Source: a virus | Direction: 5' to 3' (one strand) | Virus record (IMG/VR): IMGVR_UViG_3300032011_003089 | Coordinates: 4,930 to 68,929 of that record | DNA length: 64,000 nucleotides | Shown: one piece after another, positions 1 through 9,156 of the stretch | How positions within the stretch are numbered: the first letter of the stretch is position 1 | Layout: each line of letters starts with the position of its first letter | Notes under the pieces: generated by a model | Seen by the model: the letters and a program-made list of their open reading frames with translations, nothing else | Told to the model about the DNA's origin: nothing | Database searches by the model: none | Translations under genes and position numbers: made by a program

Positions 1-1
1 T

Positions 2-355
2 CCAGATGTAATTTTCCACACCAACTCAACATACCCCTCTCCTGTTTCAGAGCTTAACCTATCCTACCTTTACTGGCTTCAAGGCAAGTATCGAAATGCT
101 AAAATAGGCTATAGCGGGCATGAGTATGGGCTTGTACCCACATTTGCGGCTGTGGTCATGGGGGCCAAATACGTTGAAAGACATATCACTTTAGATAGAA
201 CCATGTGGGGCTCAGACCAAATGGCTTCAGTGGAACCAGCGGGGCTGATTAAAATGGTGAAAGGGATAAGAGATGTTGAGTCCAGTATAGGAGTAGGTGG
301 CCCAAGGCAGCTGCTAGAAAGCGAAAAAGCCAAAAGAGAAAGCTTAAGAAAATAA
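2..355 (+). CDS. neuB: N-acetylneuraminate (nonulosonic acid) synthase family, 5'-truncated by window edge
   Basis: Frame is open from position 2: ...FHTNSTYP...IGYSGHE...GAKYVERHITLDRTMWGSDQMASVEP, the C-terminal half of NeuB. No SAF domain follows. Confidence 0.9.
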   Translation, partial: PDVIFHTNSTYPSPVSELNLSYLYWLQGKYRNAKIGYSGHEYGLVPTFAAVVMGAKYVERHITLDRTMWGSDQMASVEPAGLIKMVKGIRDVESSIGVGGPRQLLESEKAKRESLRK

Positions 356-356
356 A

Positions 357-1196
357 ATGATACCTAAAAAAATACACCACATGCATCGCACGGGAGACTG
401 GAGCAAAGACGTTAAAGGGCACGTTACGGAGAGGTGTCTCAAGTCTTTTGAGGAGCTTAATCCCGATTATGAAATAGTTCTATGGACTAATGATATGCTG
501 TTCAAGTTCATGAAAGATGAGTGGCCAGAATATTACGACCAATGGATTAAAAATAATAAAGGCGGCATAGGCCACCTTAAGCCTTGGGATACAGCTAGAC
601 TTTGCGTGCTATATAAGTACGGCGGCTTTTATATGGACAATGATATTTCATGCATGAAACCCCTAGACGACCTGTTAGACAACAGCTTCGTAGGTAGAAG
701 GCCATTGTACAGATGGGATTTAAGAGGGCACTACTCTAGGAAAATATTTTGGAGCGATGAAGCAACAGCAGAAACATTTAATAATAAAGAATTAGATTTA
801 TATAACTTCGATAAAACCCCCCCGCATTCATGTAATGCGTTTTTCGCTTGTGCACCTAACGACCCAACCGTTAAACAGCTCATAGATGAAATTATCAAAA
901 GGTCATCGATGCCAGAGCAAGCCGTATGCACCGCTACAGGCTGCGTGTTGTGGGGGCAAGTCTTAGAAAGAAAAATTAAAGAAAACGACCTAGAAGGAGT
1001 AAGATTCTTTGAGCATTACGAATTTGCAGAGGGCGCTGAGAAATTAGGGTGGATAGAGCCAGAGAAATTTGAGCAGCTATACGCTCTGCATAAAGCGTGG
1101 GAATGGAAGAAGGTCGCGGCTAGATGGAAGTGCTTCCCGTCAGAAAGAACGAAAGAACAAGCGGAATCTTTAGACCCAGAAAAAGGAATTATATGA
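357..1196 (+). CDS. Glycosyltransferase family 32 (DXD, OCH1-like)
   Basis: MIPKKIH start, D-x-x-R...LYKYGGFYMDND DXD motif, NAFFAC. Confidence 0.85.
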   Translation: MIPKKIHHMHRTGDWSKDVKGHVTERCLKSFEELNPDYEIVLWTNDMLFKFMKDEWPEYYDQWIKNNKGGIGHLKPWDTARLCVLYKYGGFYMDNDISCMKPLDDLLDNSFVGRRPLYRWDLRGHYSRKIFWSDEATAETFNNKELDLYNFDKTPPHSCNAFFACAPNDPTVKQLIDEIIKRSSMPEQAVCTATGCVLWGQVLERKIKENDLEGVRFFEHYEFAEGAEKLGWIEPEKFEQLYALHKAWEWKKVAARWKCFPSERTKEQAESLDPEKGII

Positions 1197-1888
1197 TACA
1201 AGAAATTAGAACGCTTTACGATAAGTACAAAGAAGAGCTTAGAGAGGTTAGAAACACCCAAAAAGAAAGAGCTTTAACACTAAGCCCTCATTTCGACGAC
1301 ATTGAAGCTGAGCTTCTTTACATGTTCGTAAGGGAATACCAGCCAAAGCATATGATAGAGTTCTCCCCGATGGGAGGGTGGTCAACATCTTGGATTTTAG
1401 AAGCCTTAAATAGAAACGATAAAGGTAAATGTGTATCCTACGATTTAGTAGACAATAGCAAAGTAAACCTTTCAAAATTAGATTTAAACAAAGAGCGCTG
1501 GGAGTTGATACAAGGAGACGTTCAGCAACAATACTCTTCATTTGATTTTAACTCAATTGATTTTATATTTATTGACTCTGACCACTCGACAGAATTCGCA
1601 GAAAGGTATATCCAAGAGGTGCTGGTACCAGCTAAAGAAAGTTACGAGTCACAGAATAAAAAAGTCCCCGTATTCATTCATGATATATTTGGTAGGTTTG
1701 CCTCTTCAATCCAAGAGGGTGAAGTAGTAAAAAGATTTCTATCCGAAAACCAAATAGAACATATCACCCCCTCAATTTTTGGCCCGAACTCTGAAGACTT
1801 TGAAGAGATTAGGGGAGAGCTGGGTCTAAATCAAGACTTCGTTCACAACTCAACAGCCAACCCAGTGGTAGTATTTAAATTAGGATAA
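1193..1888 (+). CDS. Class I SAM-dependent methyltransferase (Methyltransf_24-like)
   Basis: IEFSPMGGWST, VSYD, IQGD, FIFIDSDH, FIHD. Start moved to ATG 1193, which gives an ATGA overlap with the upstream stop. Confidence 0.75.
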   Translation: MIQEIRTLYDKYKEELREVRNTQKERALTLSPHFDDIEAELLYMFVREYQPKHMIEFSPMGGWSTSWILEALNRNDKGKCVSYDLVDNSKVNLSKLDLNKERWELIQGDVQQQYSSFDFNSIDFIFIDSDHSTEFAERYIQEVLVPAKESYESQNKKVPVFIHDIFGRFASSIQEGEVVKRFLSENQIEHITPSIFGPNSEDFEEIRGELGLNQDFVHNSTANPVVVFKLG

Positions 1889-1891
1889 ATT

Positions 1892-3157
1892 ATGCCAGCA
1901 TCAGAAGGACTATTAACATCACTTAAAAACCAACACGGTATAAATACCTACTTTGAAACAGGGCTAGCCGAAGGCAACGGCGTAAGAAAAGCCCTTAACT
2001 GCGGGTTCGATAATATTTATAGCGTTGACATCTGCACAAGGTGGGTAGAAGAAGGTAAGGAAAACTTCAAAGACAACACGAACGTAAATCTTATTCAAGG
2101 CGACTCTCAAAACTTAGCGGAATACATCAAAGATATCGATGAAAAGATTTTAATTTTCTTAGACGCGCATAATGACCACAGCAATATGGATTATGAGCAG
2201 TCTGATGTAGATTGCCCGATTCTCCAAGAGTTAGAGGCTATTAAATCACACCCAATCAAAGACCATGTTATAATTATTGATGATGTTAGAGTTATAAGGA
2301 ACGACCACGACGACACGCTTAGAGCTATAGGCGGAGAATTTAGGGGTAGAGACTGCGTGAACTGGGGTAAAAACATGAATCTACCTGAAATAGAAAAGAA
2401 GATTCTAGAGGTGAACCCAGACTACCAAGTCCAATACTCTGGAGACCAAATAGTGATAACTTTAGAGCCAAAGAAAACAAAGTATTCAGACAAACTAGAA
2501 TCGTTCAATGAGTTTGGATTCTTTATTATAGAGGATTTTTTCAGTAACGAAGAAGTGTCTAGATACAGAGCCTTGTGTGATAACTATTTCGCTAATCACC
2601 CCAGCGTGGCCATTGATGGAGGAAAAGTAGTTCCAGGGTGGGCAGGTAATACTCCAGAAATGGAAGAGTTAAATAATCTCCATGAAGACGCGGCTATCCT
2701 AGAGGTAGCGAAAAGCGCTCTCGGGGAATCATTCGTATTCGCTGAGCACGCTGACCTACATCAAAACAAGGGGACTGGTTGGCATAGAGACGTTAAAGAC
2801 TTTGAAAGGGGCGGGGGTCATTGGCCGAATTGGACTAACGATTTTCGAGTTATCAAAATTGCGTTCCTTCTCCAAGACCACACGGATAATGACTACGGCA
2901 TGTGGATGGAAGTGGGCTCGCATAAAGAGGGCGTAAATGGGGAAAGAATCCCCATAAGAAGCGCAGCCACAGATTTGATAGTTTTTGACCAAAGGATTCA
3001 CCATAAAGGCTGGCAAAACGGGAGCGCGTACAAAAACCAATTCGGAAAGGACAGATATTTAATCACTTACGGTTATGGAGTAGATAACGAATTAACTAAA
3101 ACACATTCTGCTGGATGTAAGAAAAGACAAGACAGCCAAAGAGAGAAGATGAGATGA
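1892..3157 (+). CDS. Fusion: methyltransferase-like domain + phytanoyl-CoA dioxygenase (PhyH)-like 2OG/Fe(II) oxygenase
   Basis: N-term YFETG..GNG, IFLDAH, IIIDD. C-term FNEFGFFIIEDF, WHRD (HxD), IVFDQRIHHKG distal His. Confidence 0.7.
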   Translation: MPASEGLLTSLKNQHGINTYFETGLAEGNGVRKALNCGFDNIYSVDICTRWVEEGKENFKDNTNVNLIQGDSQNLAEYIKDIDEKILIFLDAHNDHSNMDYEQSDVDCPILQELEAIKSHPIKDHVIIIDDVRVIRNDHDDTLRAIGGEFRGRDCVNWGKNMNLPEIEKKILEVNPDYQVQYSGDQIVITLEPKKTKYSDKLESFNEFGFFIIEDFFSNEEVSRYRALCDNYFANHPSVAIDGGKVVPGWAGNTPEMEELNNLHEDAAILEVAKSALGESFVFAEHADLHQNKGTGWHRDVKDFERGGGHWPNWTNDFRVIKIAFLLQDHTDNDYGMWMEVGSHKEGVNGERIPIRSAATDLIVFDQRIHHKGWQNGSAYKNQFGKDRYLITYGYGVDNELTKTHSAGCKKRQDSQREKMR

Positions 3158-3786
3158 AAACCGTCTCTTTAATTTTAGCTAGAGGAGGAAGCAAAGGTAT
3201 ACCCGATAAAAATGTAACGCCCCTTAAGGGTAAACCTCTGTTGCAGTACGTTGTAGACGCGTCAAAAAAGTCCAACGCCGAAGAAACGTGGGTCAGCACC
3301 GACTGTAGGAATATAATGAATGCGGCGGACGACTTAGGGGCTTACGTCATTCGTAGGCCCGAGCACATTTCCCAAGACGACTCCAAAAGCGACGAGGCAT
3401 TAATTCACTTTGCTAACAACATTAGCTTTGATAGGTTAGTATTTATCCAGCCAACGTCCCCGCTGCTTGAAGCGGAGGATATAAACGCTGGATTAATAAA
3501 AATGGATAATTATGATTCAGTATTCTCCGTTTATAAAGAGCACTGGATTCCAGAGTGGGATTTAGATGGTACCCCACATGGGTGGGACTTGAATGACCGC
3601 CCAATGAGGCAGGACGTTCCTGAGACGTACGTTGAGAATGGGGCTTTTTATATTACAACTAAAGAAGCGCTGCTTAAAACTGGCTTGAGATATAGTGGTA
3701 GCATGGGCATGGTGGAAATGCCAAAGCAAAGAAGTTTTCAGGTGGACACCTACGATGATTTGACATTGATTGAAAAACTGCTATAA
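3154..3786 (+). CDS. neuA: Acylneuraminate cytidylyltransferase (CMP-nonulosonate synthetase)
   Basis: LARGGSKGIPDKN, VSTD, IQPTSPL, ENGAFY, VDTYDD. Confidence 0.92.
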   Translation: MKTVSLILARGGSKGIPDKNVTPLKGKPLLQYVVDASKKSNAEETWVSTDCRNIMNAADDLGAYVIRRPEHISQDDSKSDEALIHFANNISFDRLVFIQPTSPLLEAEDINAGLIKMDNYDSVFSVYKEHWIPEWDLDGTPHGWDLNDRPMRQDVPETYVENGAFYITTKEALLKTGLRYSGSMGMVEMPKQRSFQVDTYDDLTLIEKLL

Positions 3787-3787
3787 T
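3760..3787 (+). promoter_or_regulatory. sigma70-type promoter TTGACA-16-TATAAT with extended TG
   Basis: Perfect consensus hexamers; -10 ends 7 nt before GTG 3795. Confidence 0.7.
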
Positions 3788-3794
3788 TATATAG

Positions 3795-4553
3795 GTGAGA
3801 AGACCCCATACAGAACTTAAAAACGCACATAAAGACGAAGATATCTGGGTTATAGGCGCGGGTGCATCTTTGAATTATGTAGATAAGTCTTTCTTCGATA
3901 ACAAACTAGTAATCGGCGTAAACAGAGTATGTAAATTCTTTAAATGTGATTATGTAATAAGTAAAGACGCTAGAGGCTTTGCGGAAGTAAGTGAAAATTT
4001 AAATGGTGCAAAGCTCGTGCTCTCCGAATGGGAAAGCGGAAACCCAAAGCTGTGGAGAGGCTCCCCCATGAACAAGGGCGCAAAACTCAATACTGTTGAT
4101 TACGAACATTACTACTTTACTCACCCTAGAAAACCAAACGAGCAACCCATGCTTGACCAAGTGGGTACAGAAAACATAGTCGTGAGCTTTTCTTCCATCA
4201 CCAGCGCTATTCATTTAGCTGCTTATATGGGTGCCAAAAACATAATTTTATGTGGTCACGATTGTGGCATGATAAACGGTCACGTTACCATTAAAGGTTA
4301 CTATGATAAAGTTAAACCAGTACAAGGGGACCTAAGACGATACAACCACTGGCTCAAAACCTCCATAGAGAAACACACAATTAATTTAAAAGCTAAAATT
4401 AAAGAGGTTTACGGAGCGAACGTAGCCTCTTTAAATCCTTTCGTTAATTTTGGCCTAGAAGGAAACAAGTACGAAAAAGAAGGAGTACCAACGCAAAAGC
4501 TTCTAGCTAAAAGTGAGTCTAAAGGCATCGAGATAATTAAAAAATCTTCATGA
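3795..4553 (+). CDS. DUF115/MptE-like (Maf-type) protein, candidate nonulosonate transferase
   Basis: IWVIGAGASL, IGVN, AIHLAAYMGAKNIILCGHD; lies directly after neuA. Confidence 0.65.
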   Translation: MRRPHTELKNAHKDEDIWVIGAGASLNYVDKSFFDNKLVIGVNRVCKFFKCDYVISKDARGFAEVSENLNGAKLVLSEWESGNPKLWRGSPMNKGAKLNTVDYEHYYFTHPRKPNEQPMLDQVGTENIVVSFSSITSAIHLAAYMGAKNIILCGHDCGMINGHVTIKGYYDKVKPVQGDLRRYNHWLKTSIEKHTINLKAKIKEVYGANVASLNPFVNFGLEGNKYEKEGVPTQKLLAKSESKGIEIIKKSS

Positions 4554-5506
4554 ACTTACTAGTAACAGGAGGGTATGGTTTTATAGGGTCAGCATTTATC
4601 AGAGAAGCCCTCAAGAAAAACAGGGTCAACAAGTTAGTAAATCTTGACTGCCTCACTTACGCCGCTAATCACGACAGCCTAGCGGAAGTCGAAGGCGACA
4701 CTAGGTACATTTTTCGCAAGGGAGACATACGAAAGTACGAAAATGTTTACGATGCATTCTACGCTCACGACATAACTCACGTAGCCCACTTTGCGGCAGA
4801 AACCCACGTAGATAACTCCATAGAGGGACCCAGAGCCTTTGTGGAGACAAATATAATTGGCACGTTTAATCTTTTAGAGTGTGCCAAAAAGTTTAAGACA
4901 AAAAGGTTTCATCACATTTCAACGGACGAAGTATATGGACAGCTCGGTAAGACGGGAAAATTCTCACCTTCATCTCCGTACGACCCACAGAATCCATATT
5001 CGGCAACGAAAGCTTCGTCCGACTTTTTAGTTAGGTCATACGGTCATACTTTTAGTGTAAACTATACTATATCCAATTGTAGTAACAATTATGGACCATT
5101 TCAAAACGAAGAAAAATTCATACCTGTAGTTATCAAATCCTTGTTAAGCGGAGACAGGGTTCCCGTTTACGGTAAAGGAGATAACATTAGAGATTGGATA
5201 TATGTAAATGACCATGCTCAAGCCGTATGGAAAATTTTAACGCGCGGAAAACGTGGAGAAACATATCTCGTAGGAGCGAACAACGAGAAAACAAATCTGC
5301 AAATAATAAAAGATATTTGCGGAATCCTAAACCTCAACCCAAAAGAGTCAATCGAATTTGTCAAGGACAGAGCGGGACACGATTTCCGCTACGCCATCGA
5401 CGCTTCTAAAACTAAGAAGGAGTTAAAATGGGTCCCGAAGAAAAGTTTCGAGAATGGCTTAAAGGAGACTATAGAATGGTATACAAAGAAACTGAAAGAA
5501 GAATAA
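4550..5506 (+). CDS. rfbB: dTDP-glucose 4,6-dehydratase
   Basis: LVTGGYGFIGS, HFAAETHVDNSI, HISTDEVYG, PYSATKASSD, CSNNYGP, DRAGHDFRYA. Confidence 0.95.
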   Translation: MNLLVTGGYGFIGSAFIREALKKNRVNKLVNLDCLTYAANHDSLAEVEGDTRYIFRKGDIRKYENVYDAFYAHDITHVAHFAAETHVDNSIEGPRAFVETNIIGTFNLLECAKKFKTKRFHHISTDEVYGQLGKTGKFSPSSPYDPQNPYSATKASSDFLVRSYGHTFSVNYTISNCSNNYGPFQNEEKFIPVVIKSLLSGDRVPVYGKGDNIRDWIYVNDHAQAVWKILTRGKRGETYLVGANNEKTNLQIIKDICGILNLNPKESIEFVKDRAGHDFRYAIDASKTKKELKWVPKKSFENGLKETIEWYTKKLKEE

Positions 5507-6579
5507 TTGTTACGGGGGTCCTTGGTCAAGACGGCGCAAACATGGCTGAATACTTACTTAGAGACAAAAACTACAAAGTATACGGCATGATGCGGCGCTC
5601 CGCTAACGCCAACACCGTAAACATAAACTCTTTCAAAGGCGCTTCCAATTTTGAATTAATTTATGGCGACCTTTCTGACGAGATAAGTATAGATAGGTTA
5701 GTAGAAAGAATAAAACCCCATTACTTTATTAATTTTGCAGCCAATAGCTTTGTAGGTTGTTCTTGGGATATGCCTCTACAAGTCTTTGACACTAACGCTC
5801 TTGGTGTTCTAAGATGTTTGGAAGCTTTACGTAAATTTGCACCCGCTTGTAAGTTTTATAGTGCAGGAAGCAGCGAGGAGTTTGGAGATGTGGACTATTC
5901 CCCTCAAGACATGAAGCACCCAATTAAGCCGCGCAGCCCCTATGGAGCCTCTAAAGCAGCCGCTCGTCATTTAGTTAAAGTATACAGAGAGTCTTATGAT
6001 ATGTTTGCTATACATGGTACTCTATTTAACCATGAGGGGGTAAGAAGGGGGGAAGAGTTCGTAACGCGAAAGATTACTAAAGGCGTAGCTAGACTGTACT
6101 ACGAATTGTATCACGCCGATAACTGGAGACGCAGAAGCGTACACACTCTCCCAAAAGTTGCACCTATAGAATTAGGAAATCTCGACGCAAAAAGGGACTG
6201 GAGTGATAGTGAAGATTTTGTCAAAGGAATTTGGATGATGCTCAACCAACAGGAGCCAGCCGACTACTTACTAGCAAGCGGAGAAATGCATTCCATAAGA
6301 GAATTTGTAGAGCGAGCATTCTATCACGCTGGTATGAAGCTGGGCAAATGGGAGGGTGAAGGCATCGAAGAAAAGTATATGTGCCATAGCGGAGAGCACG
6401 CCTTCCCCTTGGTAAAAGTCAACCCTGAATTTTACAGACCCGCCGAAGTAGAAGAGCTTAGGGGCGACCCCTCGGAAACGTTTGAAAAAATCGGCTGGAA
6501 ACCTGAGAATTCATTTGACAATTTAGTAAGGAAGATGGTATACTGTGACTTAGAAGATGCCAAAAAACACCTTACATAA
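5476..6579 (+). CDS. gmd: GDP-mannose 4,6-dehydratase
   Basis: IVTGVLGQDG, SSEEFG, PRSPYGASK, FNHEG..RGEEFVTRKIT, LGNLDAKRDW. Start ATG 5476 follows AAGGAG. Confidence 0.95.
   Translation: MVYKETERRIIVTGVLGQDGANMAEYLLRDKNYKVYGMMRRSANANTVNINSFKGASNFELIYGDLSDEISIDRLVERIKPHYFINFAANSFVGCSWDMPLQVFDTNALGVLRCLEALRKFAPACKFYSAGSSEEFGDVDYSPQDMKHPIKPRSPYGASKAAARHLVKVYRESYDMFAIHGTLFNHEGVRRGEEFVTRKITKGVARLYYELYHADNWRRRSVHTLPKVAPIELGNLDAKRDWSDSEDFVKGIWMMLNQQEPADYLLASGEMHSIREFVERAFYHAGMKLGKWEGEGIEEKYMCHSGEHAFPLVKVNPEFYRPAEVEELRGDPSETFEKIGWKPENSFDNLVRKMVYCDLEDAKKHLT
6515..6544 (+). promoter_or_regulatory. sigma70-type promoter TTGACA-18-TATACT upstream of the recA operon
   Basis: Near-consensus hexamers with TG extension, inside the 3' end of gmd. 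Confidence 0.55.
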
Positions 6580-6916
6580 TAAGTGCAAATTATTAGTAAG
6601 CCACTTTTGTAGCCAAGCTAAATTCATAAGCTGGGGCAAAGAGATTAAGATAGCAAAAAAGCTTTTAGCTGAAAACTCTGACATTAAGTTTTGGCTGTCA
6701 CTTCAAACCCCAAATCCAGTATTCTCTTTATCTTGGTTCTTAACTAAAGATGGTAAAGACTTCTTGCAAGTTTCTAAATTAAAGCAGAACTTAGTATTGC
6801 CCAAGGCCTCAGAACGTGCTATCTTAAAGGATAAGATTGGTGAAGATAAAGAAGTCGAAAAGAAACCAAAAACAATATTTGAATTTTTAAATCATGGCAA
6901 AAAAGAAAATAGATGA
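6557..6916 (+). CDS. Hypothetical protein
   Basis: 119-aa ORF overlapping gmd and recA, preceded by a promoter. Confidence 0.65.
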   Translation: MPKNTLHNKCKLLVSHFCSQAKFISWGKEIKIAKKLLAENSDIKFWLSLQTPNPVFSLSWFLTKDGKDFLQVSKLKQNLVLPKASERAILKDKIGEDKEVEKKPKTIFEFLNHGKKENR

Positions 6917-7982
6917 TGCAACGCCTCAGGGTCAGATTCAAGCTTACTTGAATGACCACAAAAACGACCACTACAACTTCGAGGAAGAACATACTTACTC
7001 TGTATCCAGCGGCAGTCTACTGTTGGATATTGAAATGGGCGGGGGTATCCGCCCAGGCATTGTGAGAGCGACAGGCGTATCAGAAGGGGGTAAAACCTCT
7101 TGCGCTTTAGCGTTTGCTCGCAACTTCCAAAAAGGGGACAAACACATGGCTATCTATATCAAAGCGGAGGGGAGACTTTCGCCAGATATGATAGAGCGCT
7201 CGGGCGTATCTACGGACGAGGGCAAATGGTTTGTTTATAAGAGTAATGTTTATGAATCAGTAGTAGACTTTATGCGCCACATGGTTCAAAACAATCCAGA
7301 AGAATACAAATATATGTTTATAATTGATTCTATGGACGCTCTTATTCCTCGGGGAGATTTAGAGAAGGGGTCCGACGACGCCGTAAAGGTAGCTGGAGGC
7401 TCTTTGATTAGCTCGGCCTTCCTTAAGCGTATGGCTCTTGGGCTTGCTACTCGCGGCCACATCTGTTTCATGATTTCTCAGGTGCGGAGCAAAGTAAGCA
7501 TTAACCCATACGCTAAGGAGGACCCGAAGCTAACCAACGCTTCAGGCGGCAACGCGCTCCTCCACTATAGTGATTGGATTCTTGAATTTCAAGAAAGATT
7601 CAACAAGGACGCAATCAGCACTCAAGCCAACGCTAAAGGGGACATGCTAGGCCACTGGTGTAAAATCATTTTCAGAAAGACCCCTAACGAGAAAACTGGA
7701 ACACTCGTAAAGTACCCAATCAGATATGGAGCCAAGACTGGCGAAAGCGTTTGGGTAGAATACGAAGTGGTAGACATGCTTCTCATGTGGGGTATGGCAA
7801 CAGCCAAGGGCGCATGGGTCACAATCTCAGACGAACTAGCGGAAGAAGTAGAGAAAGAGCTTGGAGTTGAGTTTAAGAAGCAACATCAAGGCATGGATAA
7901 TCTACGCAAGTATTTTACAGAGAATCAAGATATAGGAAAATATCTGTTTAATAAATTTCGTAATACATTAAAAAAAGCGTAA
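6894..7982 (+). CDS. recA: RecA/UvsX-like recombinase
   Basis: SSGSLLLDIEMGGG, Walker A GVSEGGKTS, Walker B FIIDS, ISQVR, SGGNALLHYS, AKGAWV. Confidence 0.9.
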   Translation: MAKKKIDDATPQGQIQAYLNDHKNDHYNFEEEHTYSVSSGSLLLDIEMGGGIRPGIVRATGVSEGGKTSCALAFARNFQKGDKHMAIYIKAEGRLSPDMIERSGVSTDEGKWFVYKSNVYESVVDFMRHMVQNNPEEYKYMFIIDSMDALIPRGDLEKGSDDAVKVAGGSLISSAFLKRMALGLATRGHICFMISQVRSKVSINPYAKEDPKLTNASGGNALLHYSDWILEFQERFNKDAISTQANAKGDMLGHWCKIIFRKTPNEKTGTLVKYPIRYGAKTGESVWVEYEVVDMLLMWGMATAKGAWVTISDELAEEVEKELGVEFKKQHQGMDNLRKYFTENQDIGKYLFNKFRNTLKKA

Positions 7983-7990
7983 TATATTTA

Positions 7991-8406
7991 GGGGGCGTTT
8001 TGGATTCGATTTAGTGTCCTGATGCCGAGCCGCAAGCGGAGGATGATAGTAGGCCTCCTTAATAATCTATCTAAGCACTCAACTGCTAATAAAACTGTTG
8101 ACATGGAGCTTGCTCCTTCTTTGGCTGAGGCTGACGCGATTCTCGCTCAGTTTGGTTATGTGGAGGAAGAGCTCCAGATGGCGGCATAGTCCCGCCCCGT
8201 CCTACCTCGGATGCTCGTTAAGAGGATAGGGCGACGATAGCGAGCAAAAAAAACTAGGAAGGGTGAGGAGTCTAGTATAAATAAAGTGCCTCCAACCTTG
8301 TGCGTAGTTGTCAGTGACGAAGTACAAAAAATAACACTGACTAAGCTTGTAGTGGTTTGAGCCGATGGTTCTGAAGACGCGGGTTCGACCCCCGCCGCCT
8401 CCACCA
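7991..8406 (+). ncRNA. ssrA: tmRNA (SsrA), one-piece
   Basis: 5' GGGGGCG pairs with 3' CGCCTCC-ACCA including the G3.U Ala identity pair; GGATTCGA near the 5' end; T-arm GCGGG-TTCGACC-CCCGC; encoded CCA; internal tag ORF 8085-8189 ending AA-stop. Confidence 0.95.
8085..8189 (+). other. tmRNA tag reading frame (A)ANKTVDMELAPSLAEADAILAQFGYVEEELQMAA*
   Basis: Resume codon GCT after CAACT; 34 codons; C-terminal MAA typical of ClpXP degrons. Confidence 0.8.
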
Positions 8407-8413
8407 ATTTAAC

Positions 8414-8833
8414 ATGAAACTATTCGACATACATGGCAGACCACGAAGCAGAATGGTTTCTAAATACCTAGTCAACTGGGATAAGAAATCAAAATCTCAG
8501 CTACAGTTCAAAGTCAAGCAGTTCCTTAAGGGTTACTGGGAAAACCACATTGTTTACGAAGAGTTCCCCGTATACGGAACCCGCATGAAAGTAGACTTTG
8601 TTAATGCAACAAAGAAAATGGCGGTAGAAGTTCATGGCCCACAGCATGAAAGCTTCAACAAATTCTTTCACAATAATTCTAGAGCTGACTATCTAGCTTC
8701 GATTAAGCGTGACGCGCAAAAAGCTGAATGGTTAGAAAAGAACAACTTTATATTTATCGAAATTTATGATAAGGACGTAAAGGATTTAAGTCACGACTTC
8801 ATCAAGAAGATATATGGAATATCTTTAGTGTAA
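8414..8833 (+). CDS. PD-(D/E)XK endonuclease (Vsr/DUF559-like)
   Basis: EEFPV...VDF...MAVEVHGPQH...RDAQKAEW...FIEI. Confidence 0.75.
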   Translation: MKLFDIHGRPRSRMVSKYLVNWDKKSKSQLQFKVKQFLKGYWENHIVYEEFPVYGTRMKVDFVNATKKMAVEVHGPQHESFNKFFHNNSRADYLASIKRDAQKAEWLEKNNFIFIEIYDKDVKDLSHDFIKKIYGISLV

Positions 8834-8841
8834 ATAAAAAC

Positions 8842-9117
8842 ATGGCAAACAATAAAAAATACATGACGAAGCCGCTTCTCCGAGAGATAAACGAACACTC
8901 AGGTGGAGGTTTTGTTTTATTCTACTTCAATGAGGACGGTTTGCCTGAGGTTTCAAATAACTTCGAAACTAGCGCTGAAGCTCTAGCTCTTCAGTATTAC
9001 GTCCAAAACTGGTCTAAAGCATTAGAAAAGATAAATATCGAAACTATGACCAATGCAATAGTGGAAGACTCTGGCATGTACGAGGACGATGAAGAAAATG
9101 GTCCAGAAGAAATTTAA
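8842..9117 (+). CDS. Hypothetical protein with acidic C-terminus
   Basis: 91-aa ORF preceded by GTGTAAATA motif. Confidence 0.65.
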   Translation: MANNKKYMTKPLLREINEHSGGGFVLFYFNEDGLPEVSNNFETSAEALALQYYVQNWSKALEKINIETMTNAIVEDSGMYEDDEENGPEEI

Positions 9118-9120
9118 AGC

Positions 9121-9149
9121 TTGATTCAGCTCTAAGTAGGTGTTATTAT
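9121..9149 (+). promoter_or_regulatory. sigma70-type promoter TTGATT-17-TATTAT (extended TG) for dnaB
   Basis: Intergenic; -10 ends 7 nt before ATG 9157. Confidence 0.6.
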
Positions 9150-9156
9150 TTAACAC

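Noticed and set aside
8370-8406. Stand-alone tRNA or prophage att site
   Set aside because: The T-arm and CCA belong to the tmRNA; there is no anticodon arm, no integrase in the window and no duplicate of the 3' end seen
8156-8407. 83-aa minus-strand ORF
   Set aside because: Antisense to the tmRNA 3' half; MVEAAGVEP is the typical translation of a reverse-complemented T-arm/acceptor stem
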